A DNA stretch of 64,000 nt, taken from Chrysomallon squamiferum (taxonomy: Eukaryota; Animalia; Mollusca). Both the position numbers and the translations under genes were made by a program. Where the stretch lies: NCBI GenBank assembly GCA_012295275.1, contig CM022667.1:20212001-20276000 (forward strand). Reading direction: 5' to 3'. A model generated the notes under the pieces. It was not told where the DNA came from. It searched no databases and was given only the letters and a program-made list of their open reading frames with translations. Position 1 is the first letter of the stretch, and the number at the start of each line of letters is the position of its first letter. Positions 40,301 through 60,436 of the stretch are shown here, one piece after another.

Positions 40301-42517
40301 AAGCTCCATTTTTATTATATAACTAATCCCCAAACAAACTAACCCTAAAACAGTTTAGTTTTAGTTTTAAAACTAAATCTATTGTCACAGATGTTTATTT
40401 TAAAACATGAAAATAATAATAATTTTTTTCTCGTTTTACTTTTTCAGTTGTAATGAATGAAAAAAATTTCCTTTGTTTCTTTTTTTTTTACACTTTTATG
40501 TTTCACCCCTGATTAAGCTTTATCTTTATGATAATTATTTGCTTTACAGTTTAATTATCTGTGTGTATTTATTTTTACAAACACATCTGTTTGTTTTGTT
40601 ATGGATGATCAATAAACAGTTGATCACAACAGTAGCAATATCATGGGAAGTACACTGAATATATACTGATGAATGATTTTAGCAAGCTGTTATACTGGCA
40701 ACAGCATTTCATATAAATAATTATATATATATATAAAAAAAAAAAAAAAAAAAAAAAAATATAAATAAATAAATAAATACATTATCTTTATAGCAGTTAT
40801 TGTAAAGTAATTCAAATATTTAATTAAAGAAGAACATGCTGATCACACCAAGTGTATTTATATAATAAAAAAAACTTGTACAAATTGTTTCTGGTTTTTT
40901 TGTTTTTTAGATGACAGTAACAACAGGGAATCTTTTAGTGTTAAAAGTTATTTGATATCTCTCCTCGCTCTGTATATGTAGATGTTTTTTTAATCCAATC
41001 AGACTGTTTGTCTTATTAACTATGAGTTTAAATTTGTTTAAGTAAAATAAAATATTTTAATAATAATAATTTATAACCGATTAACTATAAATAAATTTTT
41101 TTTTAGAAATGCCATAATAAAACTTTGAAGCATAGTGATTTTATATTTTTATTGTGATTGTACTTGTCTATGTTATTTGAAATACCTTTAATATTAATTT
41201 ATATTTATTATAATTCTAATTATGATAACCAATTATAATCCCTCAAAATATTTAACTGATATCTTTTAATATTTAATCATAAAAAGAGTCATTCATAAAT
41301 ATATATTATGTACATACTAGAATAATAACAATAAAAGTAATTTTACTTGGGTAAAGTGAAATACCAGGTTAAACAAGAATTCATTAAATTCCAGGATACT
41401 ATGTTTATTTTCCTCAGGTATTTCTTATGTTTTACTTCACTCATTAATTAGTCTTTATATTATATGACATGAATATATTTAAGCATCATCTCATGTTAAT
41501 TCATATCATTGATATGCAAATAGCCTCAGACTAAGTCTTAGAATACAGTTACAACATATGAATGGTCAGTGCTGTCATGTTAACTGTTGAAAAATAATAC
41601 TAAGTACAAATATAACTCTTACATATCTGAATAATATTTTTATTATAAGCAGAATACCTCTCAAGTTTATACATCTATGATTCATAATAAAAAATAGGAT
41701 CTAGCCATTTTAAATTAATTTCAACAAAAAAATAAGAGAAAAAATGGACCACATGCCATATATTGGGAATGGCCAATAAGAACTTTTAAAAATTTTCAAA
41801 AATGATACGAAGTGGGCACCTTTCATGAATAGTTGTTGATAACAAGATAATCAACATGTAACTCATACAGGTTTGTGGGGTTAAACATTGGTTTTTATGT
41901 TTGTTTGTTTTAAGAACTTTTTGATTTGCTTTCTTTCTTTTTTTAACTTCTTGTCTAGGATACAATTGTCTTGGACCATTTCATAAAAATTATTAAACAC
42001 ATCACTTTTAATTATTATGTCACTTGACCACATACACTACAGTCATAAGAAGATCATTATCTTGTTTGATTTTTTAAACTCATATTATGTTAACAATTCT
42101 AGCACCAGTTAATGTTAGATATTTTTAAAATAAAAATGTTCTTTCACCAAATACTTCTAAAAAAATAAAAAATATATATATGAATGAAAACTATTCTGAA
42201 TACTTTATTATTTATAAATAATTGTTTTTATTACTATGTACTTAATTCAAAAACAACAACAAAATATATATATATATATAACAAAAAACAAATTATAAAA
42301 AATAAAAATAAGTAAATAAAATAAAATAAAATAAAATAATATTTAATAAATTAAAATAAAATAAAATAAATTCCTATAAAAATGTACACTGCTGATTTTA
42401 AATTTAAAGTTAAATAAAGAACTTACCTCCCGCAGTACCGTAAGATGATTTTCCGTCACCAAGCGGGGCCTCTTCGTCGACGTCAGGTTTAGTTACGGTA
42501 AATCGAACAGCTGCCAT
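7410..42517 (-). CDS. SLC12A4/6-like (KCC): K-Cl cotransporter (KCC, SLC12A4/5/6/7 family), 25 coding exons, ~1056 aa using first exon 1a
   Basis: Phase-consistent exons in transcript order: 42427-42517, 26685-26776, 23261-23371, 20833-20979, 20282-20467, 19714-19925, 18567-18778, 18192-18332, 17411-17509, 17017-17074, 16620-16738, 16080-16254, 15475-15693, 15129-15233, 14820-14908, 14432-14511, 13708-13796, 12987-13093, 12476-12592, 12001-12090, 11676-11767, 11459-11554, 10784-11001, 8140-8273, 7410-7501 (3171 nt including stop). KCC hallmarks: [32 protein letters not shown], four-Cys glycosylated TM5-6 loop, [71 protein letters not shown]. Confidence 0.96.
7502..8139 (-). other. U12-type GT-AG last intron of KCC (phase 1)
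   Basis: 5' splice site GTATCCTTTT; branch TACCTTAAT followed by GGTCACTAG with no polypyrimidine tract; splicing restores GDENYMEYLE. Confidence 0.92.
9973..9990 (-). CDS. Candidate 18-nt KCC microexon inserting SVISQL in the C-terminal domain
   Basis: TTTTATTTCAG|ATCAGTTATATCTCAGTT|GTAAGG in a phase-2 intron; frame-preserving with no stop; same position as the KCC2 EWENL exon. Confidence 0.62.
11768..12000 (-). other. U12-type GT-AG intron of KCC (phase 1)
   Basis: 5' splice site GTATCCTTTT; branch-like TGTCCTGAT close to the CAG; splicing restores FTVAQMEDNS. Confidence 0.9.
12091..12475 (-). other. U12-type AT-AC intron of KCC (phase 1)
   Basis: 5' splice site ATATCCTTC; branch TTTTCCTTAAC followed by TCTGAGAAC; splicing restores WWIVHDGG. 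Confidence 0.95.
16352..16615. repeat. 37-bp minisatellite, ~7 copies
   Basis: Unit CATATTCTTGGAAACATCAGATGTAATTAAAACTACA; abuts the donor of KCC exon 16620-16738. Confidence 0.92.
17075..17410 (-). other. U12-type GT-AG intron of KCC (phase 1)
   Basis: 5' splice site GTATCCTTT at the homology-defined boundary TSFV-Y; branch region is degenerate (TTTCCTATTTGTAATTAG). Confidence 0.82.
17719..18176. repeat. 35-bp minisatellite, ~13 copies
   Basis: Unit TGTTCAGTTATTTGTTGAATTGTTCTCACAACTA(G/A), head-to-tail with no spacers. Confidence 0.95.
18304..18492. repeat. ~81-bp tandem duplication (2.3 copies) spanning a KCC acceptor
   Basis: TTCTTCTGTATAGTAATTCCAGATG...AAAATCAG is repeated and includes the start of the exon. 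Confidence 0.9.
22147..22152 (-). CDS. Candidate 6-nt KCC microexon (TCCAAA = Ser-Lys)
   Basis: Long poly-T tract, then TTTGTAG|TCCAAA|GTAAGT, between two phase-0 boundaries; TGCATG about 57 nt downstream. Confidence 0.62.
29651..30251. mobile_element. Degenerate non-autonomous TIR DNA transposon (MITE-like, ~600 bp)
   Basis: Left end CTG...GGAAAAAAGTCACAGGAAAAAAAAGTCACA is inverted relative to right end TGTGACTTTTTT...TGTGATTTTTTC...CAG; flanked on both sides by TTTAA (possible target-site duplication). Confidence 0.6.
31611..31906. repeat. 59-bp minisatellite, 5 near-identical copies
   Basis: Unit AGAAAGAAAAGTTCAGTTTATTTATTACTACATTAGATCAAGTCATTTTATTCTAAGTT. Confidence 0.95.
32081..32246 (-). 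CDS. Probable alternative first coding exon 1b of KCC ([14 protein letters not shown]...QVLETT)
   Basis: AAAATG start with an in-frame stop upstream; 166 nt ending at CAG|GTAAGA; phase 1, so it joins exon 2 in frame; resembles the exon at 543-702. Confidence 0.7.
33950..34225. repeat. Diverged ~78-bp tandem repeat, ~3.5 copies
   Basis: Recurrent TTTTATGAACAAACTGAA...CTATTATTAAATTTTTACA...ATTCTCTGTT; explains the repetitive ORF at 34030-34254. Confidence 0.85.
37674..38240. repeat. ~270-bp tandem duplication
   Basis: TGTGAAAGTCATTCATTAATGAA...ATCTGTAGAAACAATATCTTTGT occurs twice (37674 and 37944), with an internal sub-duplication. Confidence 0.9.
42427..42517 (-). CDS. KCC first coding exon 1a ([30 protein letters not shown]) with RFxV SPAK/OSR1 docking motif
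   Basis: ATG at 42517, GTAAGT donor, phase 1 matching exon 2; CpG-rich context; RFTV motif as in KCC2a/KCC3a. Confidence 0.88.
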
Positions 42518-42594
42518 GGTTCGATTTTTTATTTATTTATCAAGTTTATAATAAAAATGTCATATCTACTCGTGCTATCTCTTTAATCTGTGAC

Positions 42595-42820
42595 AGTTAA
42601 GTACCGGATGAGCTTAAATAAACTTGACTAATTACTACCGGAAATTTCAAGGAAACTCAAATTTACTAATTTACTATTTAGAGAGATCTTAAAACAAAAG
42701 CACCGACTGAGTTGACAAGACAAACTTTTAATTAAAAAGTTAATTCTCTTGCAGAATACAGATTATTCTTAACAATTTTTGGATAAGGAAATGTTATTAC
42801 ATTTAATACTATCGATATCA
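42595..42820. promoter_or_regulatory. Putative KCC exon-1a promoter
   Basis: CpG-containing region directly upstream of the ATG with ETS-like ACCGGATG and ACCGGAAA sites and a DRE palindrome TATCGATA (42810-42817). Confidence 0.45.
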
Positions 42821-43025
42821 ATTTAAAATAGTAGTTTTAAAAAAAATGTAAACGTGGTGAAAAATATTTGTTTTCCTAAATATAAAATTTCTTTTTTCTT
42901 TGTTGAAGATTCTATCATGGGAGACAACTATATTTATTTATCGAGGAAAAGTAAAATGAATAATTATTTTTGAGTATTTAATACAACGAGAAGAAGTAAA
43001 CAATAAAATAGTTTTCTTAATATTC

Positions 43026-43056
<31 letters not shown>

Positions 43057-44686
43057 CGAAGAAGAAAAAAGAAAAAGAAAAAATAACAACAATAAACAAA
43101 AAAGCACACTTGTCTGAAAATGTAAAATGGCCTGGTTGCCAGACAAAAAATTGTACAATTTGTTTTATCTTCTTAATTACAAAATTTATAATGTTAAAGT
43201 ATTTTAAAGATACTTTGATGATTTCTGATATCATGTTTAAAAATATATTCTCATTACAAATAGGAGTAATGTATGGTTGTAAATATATTTTATCCTTTTG
43301 TTTGTGTGTGTGTGTGCCACTATTGCCTTTAGCTTTTATAGTAAATAAAGAGGAGAAAGCTATTTGTTGTCCACACTGAGAGGTAAAGGTCTGTTAAAGG
43401 TAACATTTGTAAATGAATTAATAAATAAACAGCAGGGTTGCTCTGATCAGAGAAATTCAGGAAAATGTTATCTGGATCATAACAAATTGTCATTTTCTGT
43501 ATATTTAAATGTATTGATGAACACAATCATAGATTTGAAAATTAGAATACGATTTCATTGGTTAATTTAACAAGTTTGAATGCTTATGCTATTTAATTAT
43601 GTATGCTATAACTGGGAAATAATAATTAAAAACTAGTGTAACAGCATGATTAGACCAAATGAATTTTTGATTTTCAGAATTATCTGTATGTATAAATATA
43701 ACTTAATTTGACTGAAATCTTTTTGGTGCAGTCTTTTTTTTTCAAAATATAATTTAAACAGATGCCTAATAATGTTATGAAAAAGATAATTTTAAAACAG
43801 TTATTAAGGTGAGAACAGACAGTGAAAAGTATTTATTATGTTTTTAAATGATTTTTTTGTAGTGTTGATTTATCTTCTGGCAGAACAAATTATTTTTTTT
43901 AGTCGTATCTGTCACAGGTTTCTGTCCTTGGACAGTTTCCATCCCCAGCTGGCTCTTGTGAATCTTTTTATACAACTAATTTCTTCATTTTATTATTTAT
44001 ACTTCATCTGTTTGTTGCATATTTTTTCCTTATAATTACAGTATACACAGTATACTAAAACAGAAAAATGTAAATAGTTTTGTCCCTAGTAAAGGCTCTT
44101 CATAAAGTAATAAAGACAATTAAAACCACAGATAAAAGTCTTAAAAGATGTTTATTGTTTCTCATCAACATAAAACATGTGGTAACATCCACATCACATT
44201 TGTGGTGAAGAAATTTGTTTTTATCAGTTCATACTTCATAATTTTTTATAATCTTTATACTATACTGAATTCATAAATTTAAAATAACAGAATCAAGAAT
44301 TTTAAATTCAACATTTTTCAAATAATTTATTTCTAAAAATAACCAGAAGTACTAAAATACAACTGATTAAAAATAACGATAAATTTTTTAAATAATTTTT
44401 GTTTCTTTTTTTTTTTTTTTTTTTTATAAAAACTAATAAAATCTCACTCACGAACATTAAAAAAATAATGTAAAAGATGTTGAATTTTATTGTTTATTTA
44501 ACAATTTCCAACTTGAATTATTAGTTGAAAGCTAAATTATTTCAGGTGGCCTTTTCTCACTTATTTTTTTTTACATTTACAACTTTTCAGATTTTTTATT
44601 ACATTTCAGCTTTCATCATGATTTTTTCCACTTACTATTTTGAGATTTTGCAACATTTCTCCCAAAAGATATTTTTTTATCAGTTA

Positions 44687-53643
<8,957 letters not shown>

Positions 53644-54623
53644 CTTGTACACGTTACGTGAAAGAAGGGCGACCCAAGGAGTCAACTTCTTAATGTTTGT
53701 TGCTGAGAGCTAGTAGAACATTTATCCGACAAAAATAAAACATGTGGATATTTTCCTAAACCGATTTTTAACAATGCATCGCTGCTGAAAACATAACTGG
53801 TAAAGAAACCAGTCCGGTCCGATGGAACAATCCAAACTACATCAAATCAGACAGCTGTAATTAATTTTGAATATTTGATAACCTAAAACACAAACATTCT
53901 CATTTTCTTCATTATCTTTTTTGGTGTTTTTTTTGTTAACTTTATAACTCGGATCCCAGATTAAACATGCAATAATCTGAATAATAATAATTTTAAATAA
54001 TGTTACAGAGTATTTGAATAATGAACACTATAACTCTAATGCTGTAACTAATAAAATTAATGTTTCTGTTTATCAATATAAAATCTTATTAAACGTTAGT
54101 TCTGGTTTATCAGTCTAATCATTACAGCATAATTATAACCTAATTATCATTATGAATTACTGAATGAACTGAAAGTATTTGATTTTAGCATTAGAACAAA
54201 TTGCTGCATCACTCATCGTTATTTATTACTATTGTTTTTTCTTTCGTTTTTACGTGAGGACTGTTTATTTTCATTATAGGGGAAATTCCATGGCTCACGG
54301 GACAAAAGGGGAAAACAATCATTTCAATATTTTATTATGCAAAAGGACAAAATTTATTCACAGAATTTCTAGCTTTCAGAAAATAATGAAAATTCATTTT
54401 GACTCTATTTTTTTCACTGTGAATTGATGTGAAGATGCATCACAGAACTTCAGAACTACTCACTACTCCAAAATAGGAATATTAAGCACACTGCAACCAA
54501 ACTGGCTTTGACACTCCATTTGACTCATTTTATAATGTCCATTGCATTCGTTTAAAATAATTTTTGGAAATAGCTAACTGAATATCGTATTTGAAGCATT
54601 TGTGCCCAATCAGTGAAACGTCG

Positions 54624-54654
<31 letters not shown>

Positions 54655-54867
54655 AGTAAAAAATAATCTAAATTGTTTATGTGAGAAGAAAATCTGAAGC
54701 TATACTATCATGTTCTGTCTACTTCTCTTAGTACTAGCCAAGGCAAAGTTTTAAAATGTATCACTCAGTCTTCAAATTATGTTATCTCTATTTGAGATAG
54801 AAAAGAAAACTGCAACATCTGCCACGTGTAACACGCACACACCCATACATATATGTATACATATATA

Positions 54868-55004
<137 letters not shown>

Positions 55005-55436
55005 ATTGCTATTAAAATTCAACTGATAAAACTGAGACCTCTATTGGATGACGTAACATGACGGTATACATCCAGTAATCTGTGGTTTTATTAGCAGATT
55101 TAGAAGTTCATGACAAGAAAAGTGACATTTATTTTGTAAAATATTATGTATTATGTATTTTTAATTTGTACTGTGCAACTTAAAGAAAACAATTATAATA
55201 TTTAAGTGGATATTTATGCCTTATTTTCTCGTTTATAAGAAATCGATATGTAATTACTAGGTCTGTTTGTCTGGGCAAATGCTTTACTCAACGATGAAAC
55301 TAAAATTTAGATTTTGCGTATATAATGACTTTTTCATTTTTCGCGCTGTTGTAATAAAAGGATTCATCGATGTTGATTTTAGAATTGTTTTCATCTCTAA
55401 CCGTGTAAAATTGGAATTGTAATATATGGCGTTTTA

Positions 55437-55481
<45 letters not shown>

Positions 55482-55595
55482 TTTCCTTTCTTTTTTCCTT
55501 TTATTGTTGTTGTTGTTGTTGTTACCAGGTATACATTTAAATAGCCATAAAATTGGAAGTAGAAATTACTATTTTGTCAAAACATATTGACCAAA

Positions 55596-55628
<33 letters not shown>

Positions 55629-55818
55629 CTTTTTCCATTTTTATCTCTAAATTAGAACAAATCAAGTTGTAGCAGTGGATTTTTCGAGAGCAAATTATCA
55701 CATTTAACTGTACTGCTTTATAGTCTACATTAGTAACTTTATTTTTAAATTTAGTTAAGGTTCACGCATAATTTTTTTCATCCATTCTGCAAGTTTTTTG
55801 TGTAAAATATTATTGAAT

Positions 55819-55889
<71 letters not shown>

Positions 55890-56379
55890 CAGTCAGTGAT
55901 TTTTATTGAAAGAAGTTATAAAAAAACTGATAATCTATTAAAAAAAAAAAAAATCCACTTAAGCATTAAAAAGTTCTTAATAAACTTTAAAATAAACACT
56001 GGAATAAATTTACTCTGATTCTATTTCCCAATGCACATCCGAAAAGTCCGGAGTCTATCAACCGAAAACACCCGAGTCAATTCCCCGAGAATCAACGAAA
56101 GAAAGGGCGGAAACATGACGAGCAAATCGTACACGGTGTTCAAGTCAACTGATAAAGACATATAATTATGAAGAAAAAAGGTATTTTGGTTTTTATGCAT
56201 TTTGCAAAATGAAATTTGTAATAATATTAAACAAGAATTATACAAATAGTGCACTAAGAATTATATCAAAAACGTATCAATATCAATATTTAGTGTGAAA
56301 TCTTTTTTGACATTTAAACTTTATAAAATTGTAAGCTACAGATCCGCTTTAATTTAATGTCAATCAAACGAAACACATA

Positions 56380-56450
56380 CTAGCGCCATTTTAAAGGACT
56401 GACGTCACATTTCTTGCCTTCTCCGTCACGTCGTCAATGGCAACCAATTG
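56380..56450. promoter_or_regulatory. Promoter-like motif cluster with no assigned gene
   Basis: YY1-like GCCATTTT (56385), CRE TGACGTCA (56400), RFX half-site ATGGCAAC (56437) and CCAAT (56444) within 65 bp of CpG-rich DNA. Confidence 0.4.
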
Positions 56451-56764
56451 TGACTTTCAGAAACCAGTTCTAACGCGTAAGAAGAGGTTCTCGATCGGAA
56501 ATCAAATTTCAAACTCGGCATTCAGGAGACAGTAAATTAGTTATGGTTTCTGAAAATGTAGATTCCGATCTTCACTATTTTGGCGAAGCTCCTAAATGTG
56601 CGTCCAAAACATTTATTTTTATTATTATTATTTTTAAATTTAAAAAAAAAAAAAATCCTTTCCCCCTTTTTTGCCTTATTGTTTTGTTCTTAGTATTGCT
56701 TGTTTTTTTTTTTTTGTTTTTTTCTCTCTCTTTTTTTCTTCCGCATCATATATAAAAACACGTA

Positions 56765-57535
56765 CTTCATTCATTATTTCACTATTTCATTATTTCATTT
56801 ATACATTATTTCATTATTTTATTTATTCATTATTTCATTCATTCATTGTTTGATTATTCCATTCATTGGTTCATTATTTCATTCATTCATTCATTCCTTA
56901 TTTCATTTAATTATTTTATTCATTCATTGTTTCATAATTTCATTCATCCACTCATTTATTATTTCATCATTTCAGTCCATCACTTCATTTCATCATCTCA
57001 TTTCATCTCAACTTCTCACCTTCTCAACTCATCTCATCCCATCTCATTTCATCATCTCATCTCATCGCACCATCTCATCATCCATTTCAGCTCACCTCAT
57101 CTCATCTCATTATCTCATTTCATTTCATCTCATTTGATTATCATTTGATCATCTCATCTCATTTCGTTTCGTCATACCATCTCGTCTCATCATCTCCTTT
57201 CATCCCATCATCTCCTCAACTCATCTGATATCATCTCATCTCATCATGTCATTTCATCTCATCATGTCATTTCATTTCATCACCTTATCTCTTCTTTTCT
57301 CTTATCATCTCATCTCATGATTTGATCTCATCATCTCATTTCATTTCATCTCATCTCATATCTCATTTCATTTCACCAAATTTCATCACCTCATCTCTTC
57401 TCATCATCTTATCTTCTCATCTGATCTGATCTTTTCATTTCATCTCATCATCTTAACTCATCTCATTTCATTTCATCTCATCATTTCATCTCATCATTTC
57501 ATCTAATCATTTCATCATCTCATCTCATTTCTAAT
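56765..57535. repeat. Degenerate simple satellite grading from (TTCA/TTCAT)n to (TCATC/ATTTC)n
   Basis: Almost G-free plus strand; produces the spurious ORFs at 56700-57148. Confidence 0.9.
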
Positions 57536-59449
57536 TCTCTTTGTACTAGCCAAGGCAAAGTTTTAAAATGTATCACTCAGTCTTCAAATTATCTGGTGTC
57601 TGTATCTGAGAGAGACAGGAAAACTGTAACATCCGTCACATTCAAATAAATCAAGAAATCTTTTTACTACAGACTTATTTATTCAACATTTGTGAACAAA
57701 ACGTGGTTTCTTCAAATACGAGTGAGGTCAGCAGCAGCACAATGATAGTTTTTACCCACAATTCTTCAGTTTTTTTAAAGGAAAAATCCAATCCAATTTC
57801 ATCAAGCAACATGCTCAAAACAAATGTATTCAATTTTTTAAACTGTTTTGAAAAATTCTTATTTCCAGCCCAAGAAAAAGAGAATGTTACAACGTAATCA
57901 CAGATTTTTGAAATTAAAACTAATGAGAGACTGGATGCATTCAAATGTGCCCAGTCCCTAGATAAAAGCAGTGACCCATGTTAAATGAACATTGGAATCA
58001 TTTCAACGCACTCCTAAACTAAACATGGCGATCACTGACATGGATGACGGAAGTGACTTGGTATGTCTTGAAGAATGATTTAGACGAGAAAATTTCAAAA
58101 GTAGTAGAAGAGGGAACAAGTAATCATTTGTGCCTTTTCATTTCCTCCATATTACCCCCAATTTATGAAACACTGCTAAATTATACATGTCGGTACCAGG
58201 ATGAAATACAAAGTGCTCATTAGCAGTTACATCAAGTAAGCCTTTTTACAGTATTCATATGGCATACTGGCATGCTGCACTCAACTGTGATGGCATCTGA
58301 TAATCTTGCACAACCGAAAGACACTGCGATAGTGGACCTTGACATGCTGTTGGAGATGATCCCCAAACTGATTTGGTCTGGTTTCAAAATTCAAAAACGG
58401 CTTCCTAACAGCTCCTATGATTTCTTTACAGAAAACCATAAGAAACAATATTCAGTGAAATTTCTTTCTCATTTCTCATGACAAAGGCCCTGTTGATTGT
58501 GTTTGTGGCTTTGTGAAACTGAATGTCTGGGCTGCCGTGAAACAAAAGGAGACAACAATGGTGAAGCATGCATCTTCCTTTGTTGAGGTGTCTAGGGTCA
58601 AGCAGTGTACTTGAAATGAATACTTCCGATATAGATAAACGACATGAGACCCTCAAACAGAAAGAGCTCAAGTCCCAACTATCAGAGGAATTGTACTGGT
58701 TCACTAACTCACACTGAGGATGATCTCACTGTCCCCGTTATTCTGACGAGTGATAAAAAACAATGAAGAGATTCCCCTATTGTGATTAATCATGCTTTTG
58801 ATATAAAGCCATGACACCATCGTAATCATCCATTAAAATGATTTTATCATCACATCTGTGAAATAGACACTACTTAATACGGACAGAGATTTTCATTTTA
58901 TGTTAGTGGACAAAACGCCCGTCACGCACAATTAGGTAATAATACCTTTCTTGTACATTGTTTTCAAGCTGAATTAAAACTGGCTTTCTTCTATAGCCTT
59001 TCACCTTCACTCCAATAGTAAACATTTATTTGTACAGTTTATAGATTTCAGACAATTTTGAAATGAAGTTAGATGGATGTCACCCATTTCTTTTTGCTGT
59101 AACATCCGATACGATCACATTTCTCATTACCTAACAAGCCATAGATATTCCTGGGCTCTTTTCTCTATGATACCAAATAGATGTGGCCATGTTATTTGTG
59201 GCCATATTACTGGTAGACCGATACTAGCAATCAGGGCAGCTGGAATGCGTCTAACCCCTCTGAATGTAACGTCCGTCACCGTGGAATTGCCTATAGTCAC
59301 ATATTATTACCAAAATCAACATATTATATATATATATATATTAAAAAGTATTAAAAAAAAAAAATAATAATAATAATAACAAATATTACTATAATTATAG
59401 TTTGGATACATGGTAAAGTTTTTGCAAAATCTTTATTCACGTAAAAGTG

Positions 59450-59541
<92 letters not shown>

Positions 59542-60436
59542 TATTTATATTAAAATATTAGACATACATTCCGTTCACTTTCGTTCGTGTTTATTAGGAG
59601 AAATGAGGTAATCTCGAGCTCTACCCAACGTGTTAATCAGCTGACGGTTACGTCACTGTTTAGGTTTCCGAGTCGGTGATTTTACGATAAGGGTCTTGGG
59701 TTTATTCTTGTTGCGTATGGACGACTAAATGAACCAGCGAACTCGACAATGACCGATCTAAAGGAATATAAAGCCAAAATTATAGATAAATGAGTATATT
59801 AGCCGGAATCGTTGCAAACAGTAGATATAAACCTATTTCTGGCGGAGAACGAGCGATATCCATCCAAATGTCCGTCTGAGCTGTTCTCCGCCAGGGAATA
59901 CTCGGACTAATCCGGGGCATACTCCGTCTTCAAACTTTAAGCTGCAGATACTGGAAAAATAATTTTAATGGCTTTTGAACATTATAATATTTAACTGTGA
60001 TAAAATGTGCTGCTAATTTATATAAAAATTATTTTAAAATAATGAAGATTATTTATTAACGGTATTTAGCATGTCATGTGACGGCCTTATCTAATATTAA
60101 TCAGTAATGGCAAAACTGATTTCGAGTCCTATCATTTTTCAAAACCATTAACATTTTGAAAATTCTTTGGACGATGATCTCAGCTGGTGAGATTATGAAA
60201 TTATTGTGAACCAGTTCCTCCGGCCATAAGGTAATGACTACCAGAAGTGTATATAATATATTTTAATGTGAAAAATAATAACAGAAAACCCCCAAATACC
60301 ACTGTATGCTTTATTTATATATACATATGTTTAATCCGACAAATAATTTTCTCGATTTGTTTTTACTGCAATTTGTATAACCCATTACATAAATATTAGA
60401 TTTTTAAAAATGTCATTAACTGTTTATAATAATCAT

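Noticed and set aside
26777-42426. Nested plus-strand gene in the 15.6-kb first KCC intron
   Set aside because: Only isolated acceptor-like sites (e.g. ~25878 nearby, ~34944, ~40910) and no coherent exon chain or protein similarity visible by eye.
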